43,561 nucleotides of DNA, from assembly GCA_035532035.1 (NCBI GenBank), contig DATKRS010000026.1, positions 1 to 43,561 of the forward strand. Direction: 5' to 3'. This document shows, in pieces, positions 1-8,840 of this stretch. The translations under genes and the position numbers were made by a program. The first letter of the stretch is position 1, and every line of letters begins with the position of its first letter. The notes under the pieces were generated by a model. It made no database searches. It had not been told where the DNA came from and was given only the letters and a program-made list of their open reading frames with translations. The DNA comes from Candidatus Dormiibacterota bacterium. GTDB lineage: Bacteria > Vulcanimicrobiota > Vulcanimicrobiia > Vulcanimicrobiales > Vulcanimicrobiaceae.

Positions 1-74
1 TATGACACCTTGTAGCCGCCATAAACAGTCTTCGGTGACCGCGCAACAACATTTGCCTTAAAGGGGCGCATGTC

Positions 75-1445
75 GTGCGTTCGAATGAGGCGCACATGGC
101 GCGGCGCGACCGGTACGGAGCCTGGAGCCCTCTGCTGCTCCTCGTCTGCACGAGCGCCGCGGTAACGACCGCACAGTGCGTGATTCCGAGCGACATGGAG
201 CGCTATTGGCTCGCCTATGCCGGCGATTGGAGCCTCGCGCACGGCCGCATCCTCGAGTCGCTCCAGGGTTCCTGGTTTCCGAATCGTCCATGGGTGAATC
301 AGGAGTGGCTCGTCGCGATCGCCACGGCGTGGACGCGCGCGCACGGCCTCTACGTGCTGCTGGAGCTGCTCTTCGCCGCCGCGCTCGTCTTCGGCGTGGC
401 CTTCGTGGCGCTGGAAACCGTGCGGACGCGAACGCACCCGCTGATCGCCTGCGCACAGGTAGCGGCCACGGCCATCGGCGCCTTCTTCTTCGCGCAGGAT
501 CGCGCGCAGACGCTCGTGTGGGTGCTGCTGCCCTCGCTGATTCTCGTCTGGCGTCGCGCGCCGTGGGCGGCCGTGCCCCTAACGGCACTCTGGGCCAACG
601 TGCACGGCTCGTTTCCGATTGCCGTGGTGTGGATGCTGCTCCACCTCGACCGGCGACGCATAGCGCCGTTCGTGGCCGCCACGGCGGCGACGCTTGCGAA
701 TCCGCTCGGGTGGCGCCTGTGGATATTCACGATCGAGCTCGCGCGCAACGCCCGGCTCGCCGGCTATGTGAAGGAGTGGTCGCCGGCGCTGCTCACCTCA
801 ACCGGCATCGTCGTTGCGCTGCTCGCGCTCGCGCCGCTGTGGATGCGCCTCGCCGCAGGCGCGCGACTGCGTCGGCCGATTCGCTACGGCGACCTGCTCT
901 TCATCGCGGCGAGCGCGATCGGAACGATCGTTGCGATCCGCTACGCGATGCTGCTCTTCTTGGCGAGCGCGACGACGCTCGGCGACGCGCTGCGAACGCG
1001 CGCCAAGCCGATGCCGTTCGCAACGCGCGCCGCAGCAGCGTTCTTCAGCATCGTCCTCGTCATTCTCGCGCTGAAGAACATGCTCGCCGCCCCGACGCTC
1101 GTCGATCCGTGGTTTGGCAACCTCGAGAGCGGCGTCGACTTTACGGCGTGCGCGCCGTTTGTCCGCGGTAAACGCGTCTTCACCGATGCGCTCCAGGTCG
1201 GGAGCCTCATCGAGCTCGCCGGCGGAAGCGCGAACGTGGACGGGCGCATCGACGCGTTCCCACAGCGGGCGATTCACGACGCGTCGCACGTGCTCGTTCA
1301 CCCGCGTGACGCCGCCGCTGCCGCCGTCGTGCGGCACAGCGGCGCGCAGATGCTCGCTATCGATGGGCGCTTCGCGCCCGCCATCCGATCGTGGCGACTA
1401 GCGCGAACGTGCGGCAAGATCCGGCTCTACGCGCGCTCAGAGTGA
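75..1445 (+). CDS. polytopic membrane protein of unknown function (possibly GT-C-like glycosyltransferase/ligase fold)
   Basis: ORF track 75..1445. The sequence is very hydrophobic with at least 10 predicted TM helices and aromatic-rich loops (WANVHGSFP). I recognise no family motif. It converges on hemQ with an 8-nt overlap. Confidence 0.5.
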   Translation: MRSNEAHMARRDRYGAWSPLLLLVCTSAAVTTAQCVIPSDMERYWLAYAGDWSLAHGRILESLQGSWFPNRPWVNQEWLVAIATAWTRAHGLYVLLELLFAAALVFGVAFVALETVRTRTHPLIACAQVAATAIGAFFFAQDRAQTLVWVLLPSLILVWRRAPWAAVPLTALWANVHGSFPIAVVWMLLHLDRRRIAPFVAATAATLANPLGWRLWIFTIELARNARLAGYVKEWSPALLTSTGIVVALLALAPLWMRLAAGARLRRPIRYGDLLFIAASAIGTIVAIRYAMLLFLASATTLGDALRTRAKPMPFATRAAAAFFSIVLVILALKNMLAAPTLVDPWFGNLESGVDFTACAPFVRGKRVFTDALQVGSLIELAGGSANVDGRIDAFPQRAIHDASHVLVHPRDAAAAAVVRHSGAQMLAIDGRFAPAIRSWRLARTCGKIRLYARSE

Positions 1446-2279
1446 GAGCTGCGGAACGCTCTCGCCGACGAGAAAGACCGCGAGCTGATCGCTCGAGAAC
1501 TGAATGCCGCTAAAGAAGTGGCCGAACTCGGCATAGCGCGCGCTCGCTTCATCGAAGCGCATCTCGTAGATGAGCTTCTTGAACACGAGCGGATCGTCTG
1601 CGTACAGATCGACGCCCCATTCGTAGTCATCGTACCCGGTCGAACCGGAAATTACTTGCGTCACGCGTCCGTGATAGGATCGGCCGACTTTGCCGTGCTC
1701 GCTCATGAGCCTCAGGCGCTCGGCGTACGGTAGCGCGTACCAGTTGTCACGCTCGCCGCGCCGTTTGCTCATCGGGTAGAAGCACATGTAGCGCCGTTCG
1801 GGAATGCGGGCCCAGAGGCGCGGCGCGACGTGCGGGCTCTCTTCCTGCGCGCGCATCTGTTCGTCGAAGAGCGCGATCCACTCCGGCGTGTTGCGCGCGA
1901 CGCCGCGCCGCTCCAAGTCCGCATGGATCTTGGCGGTCGCGTCGTACAGGCCCAACTCGAGCACGGAGGTGTACGAAGCGCGGGGCGCGAGCAGCGCGCG
2001 CAGCTCGAGCTTGTCGACGAGCGCCTGCGCATAGGCGAGCTCGTCGTACCGCTGCGCGTAATGCACGAGCATGAGATCGCCCGTATGGCCGACGAGATTG
2101 CACAGCGCGAGATCGCCGTCGTTGCGCCGCTTGAGATGATCGAACAGATCGGTCGCCTGCGCCGTCGCCTTGGCACGGCGCTTCGACGTCAGGTCGTCCC
2201 ATGCGTGGCGGTCGAACGCGAACATCCGGTGGAGAATCCACCAGCCTTCAAGCGACTCGGGAACGTTGGGATCGCGCAT
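1437..2279 (-). CDS. hemQ: coproheme decarboxylase HemQ/ChdC (chlorite-dismutase family)
   Basis: ORF track 1437..2375. The protein matches Gram-positive HemQ in blocks (CFYPMSKRRGERDNWY, GRSYHGRVTQVISGS, YEMRFDEASARYAEFGHFF). The N-terminus MRDPNVPESLEGWWILH resembles the HemQ N-terminus, so I trimmed the start to the in-frame ATG at 2279, 5 nt after the panE stop. Confidence 0.85.
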   Translation of the reverse strand: MRDPNVPESLEGWWILHRMFAFDRHAWDDLTSKRRAKATAQATDLFDHLKRRNDGDLALCNLVGHTGDLMLVHYAQRYDELAYAQALVDKLELRALLAPRASYTSVLELGLYDATAKIHADLERRGVARNTPEWIALFDEQMRAQEESPHVAPRLWARIPERRYMCFYPMSKRRGERDNWYALPYAERLRLMSEHGKVGRSYHGRVTQVISGSTGYDDYEWGVDLYADDPLVFKKLIYEMRFDEASARYAEFGHFFSGIQFSSDQLAVFLVGESVPQLSL

Positions 2280-2284
2280 GCCGT

Positions 2285-3262
2285 TCACGTTCCACGCGCG
2301 AGCGCGCGCGTCCGCCGCACTTCGGCTTCGACCTCGGCTTCGAGCGCCTCCGGGCGCTCGCGATATTTCGCCCACAACTGCGGCATGTGCGCGATCGCGT
2401 CGAGAACGCGCGCGTACACCGCGTTGACGGGCGTGGCAACGTGGTGCTCCAAGCCGGCGGCAGCGACGGCACCGTTGAGAACGTGCACCTCAGTCTCCGG
2501 GCGTCCGCTGCGCAAGTCGAGCAGCAGCGAGGGCGGTTTGCTTCCGCGAGCGCCGGCGATGCGCGCCGCCAGCATGCCGCGAGCGACGGGGCTCGGAAGC
2601 GTGGCGACGCCGAGCAGCGCGCGGACCGGGTAGCGGGGCAAGTCGATCGCGCTTATCCCGAGCGCGTGCATCACCGCGCGCACCTCGCGCAGCATGCGAA
2701 TCTCCAGCGTGAAGACGCGGTCGTAGTGCACGAGCCGATTGGGCAGCACGTTCAAAATGGCACAGCTTGCATTCGCGACCACGTTGAGCGCGAGCTTGCT
2801 CCATTTCAACGAGTGCCAGTCCTCGACGACCTTCACGTCGAGCCCGGTGCTCGCAAAGGTCGCGACGAGCCAGTTGAATGCCGTGGCTCCGGTCGGGGCA
2901 AAGGCGATGGCACCGTCTTTCGTGGCGTTGGCGTGGCCCTCGCGATCGCGCGCGACGGGCACGGTGAGCGACGCGGCAACGACGTTGTCTGCGCCGAACG
3001 CCGCGATGAGCAGCTCCTCGTTTCCGACGCCATTCTGCGGGCAAACGAAGACGCACTTCTCGGGATACGCAACCGCCGCACGCAGCGTGTCCACCGCGGC
3101 CGGCGTGTCGTAGGACTTGACGGCGACGATCGCTACGTCGGCGTCGCACGGCGTCACGTCCGCCCGCGCGCGCGGCGCGTACACGACCTCGGTGCCGATG
3201 GATTGCAGAAGCTCGCCGAGATAGGTTCCGACGGCGCCCTTTCCGACGATGTAGACTCTCAC
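2285..3262 (-). CDS. panE: 2-dehydropantoate 2-reductase (ketopantoate reductase, ApbA/PanE family)
   Basis: ORF track 2285..3262. It has an N-terminal Rossmann motif ([16 protein letters not shown]), and its length (325 aa) and overall pattern fit the ApbA/PanE family. Its start overlaps the dut stop. Confidence 0.7.
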   Translation of the reverse strand: MRVYIVGKGAVGTYLGELLQSIGTEVVYAPRARADVTPCDADVAIVAVKSYDTPAAVDTLRAAVAYPEKCVFVCPQNGVGNEELLIAAFGADNVVAASLTVPVARDREGHANATKDGAIAFAPTGATAFNWLVATFASTGLDVKVVEDWHSLKWSKLALNVVANASCAILNVLPNRLVHYDRVFTLEIRMLREVRAVMHALGISAIDLPRYPVRALLGVATLPSPVARGMLAARIAGARGSKPPSLLLDLRSGRPETEVHVLNGAVAAAGLEHHVATPVNAVYARVLDAIAHMPQLWAKYRERPEALEAEVEAEVRRTRALARGT

Positions 3263-3741
3263 GGCGTCGAGGAGGCTCCGACCGCACCGGTCGATCCGAA
3301 TCCGCCGGCGCCGCGGCTCGTCTCATCGAGACTCTCGACGAGTTCGAACGACGCGCGCGCGACGGGAGCGACGACGAGCTGCGCGATGCGGTCGCCGCGA
3401 CGAACCGTGGCCGGCTCGCTGCCGAGATTGACCAAGAGCACGTGGACCGGGCCGCGATAATCCGCGTCGATTGTTCCCGGTGCGTTCAAACACGTGACGC
3501 CGTTTCGCCAGGCGAGGCCGCTGCGCGGGCGCACCTGCGCTTCGAAACCCTCCGGCACCGCGATCGCAAATCCCGTCGGAACGAGCGCCCGCTCTCCGGG
3601 GGCGAGCACGAGCACGCTCTGCACCGCCGCGCAGAGGTCCGCTCCGGCGGCGAGCGCGCTCATGTACGCGGGCAACGGCAAGCCTTCACCCTCCGGAAGG
3701 CGCATGACCGCCACCCGCGCGCTAAGGTTCATCGGATTCAC
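3259..3741 (-). CDS. dut: dUTP diphosphatase
   Basis: ORF track 3259..3741. It carries the classic dUTPase motifs ([23 protein letters not shown] and RGDRIAQLV) and a Gly-rich C-terminal motif V (GGFGSTG). Confidence 0.9.
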   Translation of the reverse strand: MNPMNLSARVAVMRLPEGEGLPLPAYMSALAAGADLCAAVQSVLVLAPGERALVPTGFAIAVPEGFEAQVRPRSGLAWRNGVTCLNAPGTIDADYRGPVHVLLVNLGSEPATVRRGDRIAQLVVAPVARASFELVESLDETSRGAGGFGSTGAVGASSTP

Positions 3742-4190
3742 TTTGAGAGCAGTGCGCTCAACTCTTCCCGGAAGCTTTCGATGTCGCGAAACGACCGGTA
3801 AACGCTTGCAAAGCGAATATACGCCACGGGATCGAGGGCTTTGAGCGCCTCCATCAGCTTCTCGCCGATCAGCGACGCCGGAACCTCACTCTCGCCGCGC
3901 GCGAAGAGCGCGCGCTCGAGATCCGCGGCAACCGCGTCCATGCGATTCTCCGAGATCGGCCGCTTCTCGCACGCTTTCCGCAGGCCGGCGAGCAGTTTAT
4001 CGCGATTGTACTGCTCCCGGCGACCGTCTTTCTTCACGACGAAGAGGCGCGGCGATTCTTGCCGTTCGTACGTGGTGAAGCGATGCTTGCAGCGCGGATC
4101 GAGACACTCGCGCCGCCGGCGAACGACGGACTCATCGTCGCGTGAATCGACGACGCGTGTCTCGCTCTTACGGCAGGTCGGACAGATCAG
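3738..4190 (-). CDS. nrdR: transcriptional repressor NrdR
   Basis: ORF track 3738..4238. The conserved NrdR core begins at [18 protein letters not shown] (CxxC zinc ribbon), followed by [11 protein letters not shown], a second CxxC motif, and an ATP-cone domain. In homologues the Met lies two residues before the first Cys, so the start is probably the CTG at 4190 (or the ATC at 4187), preceded by a GAGAGGAAC Shine-Dalgarno sequence. The track's ATG at 4238 would put the NrdR-box-like palindrome and the TATAAT inside the coding region. Confidence 0.8.
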   Translation of the reverse strand: MICPTCRKSETRVVDSRDDESVVRRRRECLDPRCKHRFTTYERQESPRLFVVKKDGRREQYNRDKLLAGLRKACEKRPISENRMDAVAADLERALFARGESEVPASLIGEKLMEALKALDPVAYIRFASVYRSFRDIESFREELSALLSK

Positions 4191-4211
4191 GGCAGGCGTT
4201 CCTCTCGGTCC

Positions 4212-4243
4212 CCCACATATTGTGGGTGACCTGCCCATTATAC
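4212..4243 (-). promoter_or_regulatory. candidate nrdR promoter (-10 TATAAT at 4243..4238 on the minus strand) with an NrdR-box-like palindrome CCCACATATTGTGGG (4212..4226) just downstream
   Basis: Read directly from the sequence. The 15-nt near-perfect inverted repeat resembles the NrdR box consensus acaCwAtATaTwGtgt. A perfect TATAAT hexamer lies 11 nt upstream on the coding strand, and there is no convincing -35 element. Confidence 0.4.
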
Positions 4244-4249
4244 ACTACG

Positions 4250-4270
4250 CCTAACAGGCAGCCTGTTAGG
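4250..4270. repeat. perfect 9-bp inverted repeat CCTAACAGG-cag-CCTGTTAGG overlapping the stop codon of the small zinc-ribbon gene
   Basis: Read directly from the sequence. The stem would form on the minus-strand transcript immediately at the TAA stop (4268..4266). It is not followed by a U-tract, so it is either a Rho-independent-like structure without poly-U or a protein-binding site. Confidence 0.4.
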
Positions 4271-4415
4271 CTGCGGCTCCGATTTTGAACATCTTGGTGC
4301 CGCAGACCGGACATTTGCCTTCCGTCGCGGGACGGCCGTTTTTCATCGTGATCTGCACTGCATCTTTGATCTGACGCTTGGTCTTGCACTTGACGCAATA
4401 CGCTTCTGCTGCCAT
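4266..4415 (-). CDS. small zinc-ribbon protein (49 aa, CxxC...CxxC; DUF5679-like)
   Basis: Absent from the ORF track because it is shorter than 60 aa. The ATG at 4415 is preceded by AGGAG seven nt upstream, and the stop is TAA. The translation is MAAEAYCVKCKTKRQIKDAVQITMKNGRPATEGKCPVCGTKMFKIGAAA, with two CxxC pairs. It is divergent from dprA and upstream of nrdR. Confidence 0.5.
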   Translation of the reverse strand: MAAEAYCVKCKTKRQIKDAVQITMKNGRPATEGKCPVCGTKMFKIGAAA

Positions 4416-4467
4416 CTGAGACTCCTACGACTTCAGGTTCCCGGGGCTCAGGACGAGCCGGACCGGT

Positions 4468-5403
4468 ATGTTGCGCCGCCCATTCCTCGGCGGTGGCCCC
4501 TTTCCCCCTGGAAGCGCTCTCGGGAAGCGTGATGGGAGCCTCGTGCAGGAACCGCGCTACGTGTCGCACGCCAGCTTGCTCGCCCTTCGCGGCGCCCGCG
4601 GCCTCCGCGCGCACCTCGACGGCCTTTGGTGCGCAGGGACACCGGAGGCCTTGCGCCGCCCCTCTGTTGCGGTCGTGGGAACCCGCTCGGCCACGCCATA
4701 CGGCCGGCGCTTGGCAACGAGCTTTGCCCGCGAGCTTGCCAAGGCAGGCTGCTGCATCGTCTCCGGCTTGGCGCTCGGGATCGACGGCTGCGCGCACGAG
4801 GGCGCGCTCGAGGCCGGCGAACCCACGATTGGCGTCCTGGGCTCGGGGCACAGGCACTTCTTCCCCCCGCGCAACCTCCCGCTCGCGCGGCGAATGCTCG
4901 AAGGCGGAGGAGCCGTGCTCTCGCCCTTTCCGCCGGACCAAGCCGCAAAGCCGGGGCAGTTCCTCCAGCGCAACGGCGTCGTTGCCGCCCTCTGCGACGC
5001 GGTGCTCGTCGTCGAAGCCCCCGCGCGCAGCGGCGCTCTGAACACCGCCGGATGGGCCGCGGGACGCGTTCCCGTCCTGGCCGTACCGGGGGACGTGGAC
5101 CGGCGTCATAGCGCCGGCTGCCTCGCGCTGATCCGCGACGGTGCGACCCTCGCGCGAACGCCCGGCGACGTGCTCGAAGCGCTCGGCCTCGGCGCGTCCG
5201 CGCCGGCGCTCGCGCAGCCCGAACGCAACGCCACGCCGCTGGCGCGCCGGATTCTGGCGTTGCTCGACAGCGGCGAGTGCGCGCTCGACGACATCGTGGA
5301 AGGCTGCGACGCGCCGACGCCGGACGTGCTCGCGGCGTTGACGATGCTCGAGCTCGACGGCCGCATCGCGTGCCGAGGACCCGCGCGTTACGCGCGAAGA
5401 TGA
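4468..5403 (+). CDS. dprA: DNA-processing protein DprA (SMF family)
   Basis: ORF track 4468..5403. It carries DprA Rossmann-like motifs (VAVVGTRSATPYG, IVSGLALGIDGCAHEGAL, GQFLQRNGVVAAL) and a C-terminal winged-helix-like tail. The true start may lie slightly downstream of the track's ATG. Confidence 0.85.
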   Translation: MLRRPFLGGGPFPPGSALGKRDGSLVQEPRYVSHASLLALRGARGLRAHLDGLWCAGTPEALRRPSVAVVGTRSATPYGRRLATSFARELAKAGCCIVSGLALGIDGCAHEGALEAGEPTIGVLGSGHRHFFPPRNLPLARRMLEGGGAVLSPFPPDQAAKPGQFLQRNGVVAALCDAVLVVEAPARSGALNTAGWAAGRVPVLAVPGDVDRRHSAGCLALIRDGATLARTPGDVLEALGLGASAPALAQPERNATPLARRILALLDSGECALDDIVEGCDAPTPDVLAALTMLELDGRIACRGPARYARR

Positions 5404-5433
5404 CCGGCCGCGCACGGCGCGAACACCGCTACG

Positions 5434-7113
5434 ATGGAGCCGCTCGCCGCGGAACGCGGCATTCTGCCCGACGACGCGTTGCGCAGTTTTGCGCAGGCGC
5501 TGCGCGAATCGGCCGCAGCGCTCTACGGCGATGCGCGCATCGAGGTGGCCTTCGAGGCGCCGCGGCGGCCGGAGTTCGGCGAGTTCGCCACCAACGCGGC
5601 CTTCTCGCTCGTACGCACCGCTCACGCGTCCCCGCAGGACGTGGCGAAGCGGCTGACATCGGAGCTCGCCGAGCGAGCGCCGCGGGTTGCGGCGCTCTTT
5701 GCATCGATCGAACCGGTCGGCGGATTCATCAATCTGCGCCTCGCGCCGCAGATATGGCAAACGGCAGTCGCCGCCGTCCTGCGAGACGGCGAAAACTTCG
5801 GGCGCGCGTCGCACCGCGGAGAGCGCATCTCGCTCGAGTTCGGCAGCGCGAATCCGACGGGGCCGCTGCTCGTCGTGCAAGGGCGAGCGCTCTCGATCGG
5901 CGACACGCTCGCGCGAACGCTGCGGCTGCGCGGTTACGACGTTTTCGTGGAATGGATCATCAACGACGCAGGCGGCCAGCTCGAAACGCTGGGCCGTTCG
6001 CTCGACGCGCGCTACCGGCAACTGAAGGACCCAGCCTATCCGTTTCCCGAGGACGGCTATCCCGGCGAGTATCTCGTCGAGATCGCGCAACGCTTGCGCG
6101 ACGACGGCGCAGACGTCGAGAGCATGGCGCAGGAGCGGCGGCTCGAGTTCATGGCGCGCTTCGCGCGCGATGCGATCGTCGCCGAGCAGCGGCAAACGGC
6201 CGACCGTTTCGGCGTCGACTACGACCTGTGGCAGAGCGAACGGGAGCTGCACGAACGCGGCCGGATTCGGGCCGGGATCGAGCGCCTGACGGAGCTCGGG
6301 CTGACGTACGAGGCCGACGGCGCGATCTTCTTTCGCGCGACGCAGTTCGGCGACGACAAGGACCGCGTGCTCGTGCGCGCCGACGGGCGCCCGACGTACT
6401 TTTGCACTGACGTCGCGTACCACTACGAGAAGCTGCGTCGCGCGGACCGCGTCATCGACGTGCTCGGACCCGATCATCACGGCTACATCGGCAGGCTCGC
6501 CGGCCTCGCGACAGCGCTCGGTTATCCTGGCCGGCTCGAGGTCCTGATCGCGCAGCAAGTCACGCTCGTTCGCGGCGGCGAACACGTCGCGATGAGCAAG
6601 CGCGCCGGGCAGATCGTCACGCTCGACGAGGTTCTCGACGAGGTCGGGCTCGATGCGACGCGCTTCTTCTTCGCGATGCTCGCCACCGATTCGCCGCTGA
6701 CCTTCGACCTCAAGCTCGCCGTCGAGCAGAGCAACGACAACCCGGTCTTCTACGTACAATACGGGCACGCGCGCATCTGCTCGGTGCTGCGCAAGGCCGA
6801 CGCGGACGACGTCGAGGCGGCGCGGAACGCCGCGCTTCGATCGCTCGTTCTGCCGGCCGAACTTGCGCTCGCGCGGCGACTCTCGGAGCTGCCGCATCTC
6901 GCGCAGAGCGTCGTCGACCAGCTCGCGCCGCATCGTTTGGCGCGCTACGCGCGCGACGTCGCAACCGACTTCCATCAGTTCTACACGGAATGCCGCATCC
7001 TCGGCGAGGAACCCGAGCTGCGCCGGGCGCGGCTCGCACTCGCTCTCGCGGCACAACGCGTCCTCGCGATGGTCTTGGGCCTGCTCGGCGTAACGGCGCC
7101 AGAGTCGATGTGA
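5434..7113 (+). CDS. argS: arginine--tRNA ligase
   Basis: ORF track 5434..7113. It has the ArgS N-terminal add-1 domain, the [10 protein letters not shown] block, a KMSKS-like MSKRAG motif and a DALR anticodon-binding C-terminus. The position where HVGH is expected reads LVVQ instead (see findings). Confidence 0.9.
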   Translation: [559 protein letters not shown]

Positions 7114-8840
7114 GCGCGATTCTTGCGGCGATTCTCGCCGCGCTCTGGCTCGTCGGCTTGTGGCTCGCGGCGCCGATCTTGCGCGGAGGACCGCGCGTCG
7201 CCGATCGGCTGCGCGACGCGCTCGTCGTCGGAACCGCAATTCCCCTCGTGCTCGCGTTCGCGCACGCGCTCTACTGGCCCGCGTGTTGGATTGCGCTCTT
7301 GCTCTGCGTTGCGGGAGCCGTCGTCCGGCACCGGCACGAGCGCGGATTTCGCGAGCCCATTCCGTACCTGTTGATCGGCGCGCTCGCGTTTGCCGCGTGG
7401 CCGGCGCTCGTGCGCCCATTGCTCGACGGCGATACGCTTTCGTACCACTTGCCGAACGCCGCCGCGTGGGCGCACGCGCACAGCATCTGGACGACGCAGA
7501 CGCGATACTGGTGGTATCCGCCGGCGTCGGAGCTCTTCGCGAGCGCGCTTTACACGGTTTCGACGCCGTTTGCGCTAGGATGGAGCGGCTTCGGCGCACT
7601 CGCGCTGCTCGGATGGCGTCTCTTTGCGTGGGGCCGCGAGGGAGCGCTCTTGCCGGTCCGATTGGCAGACGCGCTCGCCGCCGCCGTCGTCGTCATTCTC
7701 CCGTTCTGCATCCAAGCCGGATCGCTGCAGAACGACGTGTGGCTCGCCGCGTTCTTCGTCGAAGTGCTCTGGAGCGCTCCGGTCGACGACGTCACGGTGC
7801 TGCGGGCGGCGGCGATGTGTGCGCTCATCAAGCCCGATGGATGGATCTACGCCGCGGTCGCGCTCGCCGCGTCCGTTGCAAAGCCGCGCGCGTGGCTCGC
7901 GGCAGCGGGTGCGGCGCTTCTTTGGATCGTTCACGACGCCGTTCTGTGGCACGGTGCGTTCGTGCCGCCGGCATCGACGGCATTCCCGCACCTTTGGAAC
8001 TCGACGATGCTCGCGCACCCGTTGGCGACGCTCGAGTACGGCGTCGCCGCGTCGGCAAAGTTCGCGCCCTTCGGCTTCCTCTTGATCTTGGCGGCCCTCG
8101 CATCGCCGCGGCTCGCGCGCGATGCGCCGCTCGCGCGCGCCGGTATCGCTGCAGCGCTCGTCGCGCTCGTGATGCCGTTTGGATACGCAAGCGCGAGCGC
8201 GCAGCTCGCAACCGGCGCATCGCTGCGCTACTTCGCTCCCGCGATGGCCGTGGGAGCGCTCGTCCTCGCGCCGCATCTGCTACGCTTGCCGAAGCTCGCG
8301 CTCCGGTTGCTCCTCGCCGCAATCGCCGGCGAAGCGCTTATGCTGCTCCTCATCTACGGGAACGACCGCGTTACGCTCTGGGCACCTGTCGCTGCGCTGC
8401 TCGTACCGTTCGCGGTCGCGTTCGCTCGCCGAGCGAACGCCCGCCTCGCGCTCGCCGCCGCGTTCGCATGCGCGATCGTCGTGACGACCTTCCTCGCGAC
8501 GCGCACGACGACGCACTTCTACGCCGACGCGCTCGCGGTGCGGGGAGTGCGCTCGGGCGTCTACGCCTGGATGGCGCGCGAGAAGCCGGCGCGCATCGCG
8601 GGGTGGGGACTGCGGATCGGGACGGCTGCCGTGCTCTCGCCCGCAACGACGGCCGTGGACGTGCCCGACGCCGACCCGTGCGGCCACGCCCGCCGCGCAA
8701 ACGCACTGCTCGTCGCCGTCGCGGAATCGAGCCACTCCGATCGGTTCAACCGGCTGCGCATCCACGACGCCGCGCTGTGCGGGAAGAGCGTCTATCGCGA
8801 CGCGATCGCCATCGTGGTCGATCCGCGCGCTGCCCCTTGA
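7110..8840 (+). CDS. polytopic membrane protein of unknown function (GT-C-like?)
   Basis: Track ORF 6990..8840. The hydrophobic region starts at VSAILAAILAALWLVGLW, and the GTG at 7110 overlaps the argS stop (ATGTGA). The protein has at least 12 TM helices and aromatic loop motifs (YHLPNAAAWAHAHSIW, TRYWWYPP). The 7160..8860 ORF in another frame is Arg-rich and I rejected it. Confidence 0.6.
   Translation: MSAILAAILAALWLVGLWLAAPILRGGPRVADRLRDALVVGTAIPLVLAFAHALYWPACWIALLLCVAGAVVRHRHERGFREPIPYLLIGALAFAAWPALVRPLLDGDTLSYHLPNAAAWAHAHSIWTTQTRYWWYPPASELFASALYTVSTPFALGWSGFGALALLGWRLFAWGREGALLPVRLADALAAAVVVILPFCIQAGSLQNDVWLAAFFVEVLWSAPVDDVTVLRAAAMCALIKPDGWIYAAVALAASVAKPRAWLAAAGAALLWIVHDAVLWHGAFVPPASTAFPHLWNSTMLAHPLATLEYGVAASAKFAPFGFLLILAALASPRLARDAPLARAGIAAALVALVMPFGYASASAQLATGASLRYFAPAMAVGALVLAPHLLRLPKLALRLLLAAIAGEALMLLLIYGNDRVTLWAPVAALLVPFAVAFARRANARLALAAAFACAIVVTTFLATRTTTHFYADALAVRGVRSGVYAWMAREKPARIAGWGLRIGTAAVLSPATTAVDVPDADPCGHARRANALLVAVAESSHSDRFNRLRIHDAALCGKSVYRDAIAIVVDPRAAP

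Noticed and set aside
4168-7599. 1143-aa minus-strand ORF spanning dprA and argS
   Set aside because: It is antisense to two well-supported genes. Its translation is dominated by Arg/Ala/Gly runs (RRARARRR...) with no domain-like segments. Long antisense frames of this kind are a typical artefact in DNA with about 70% GC.
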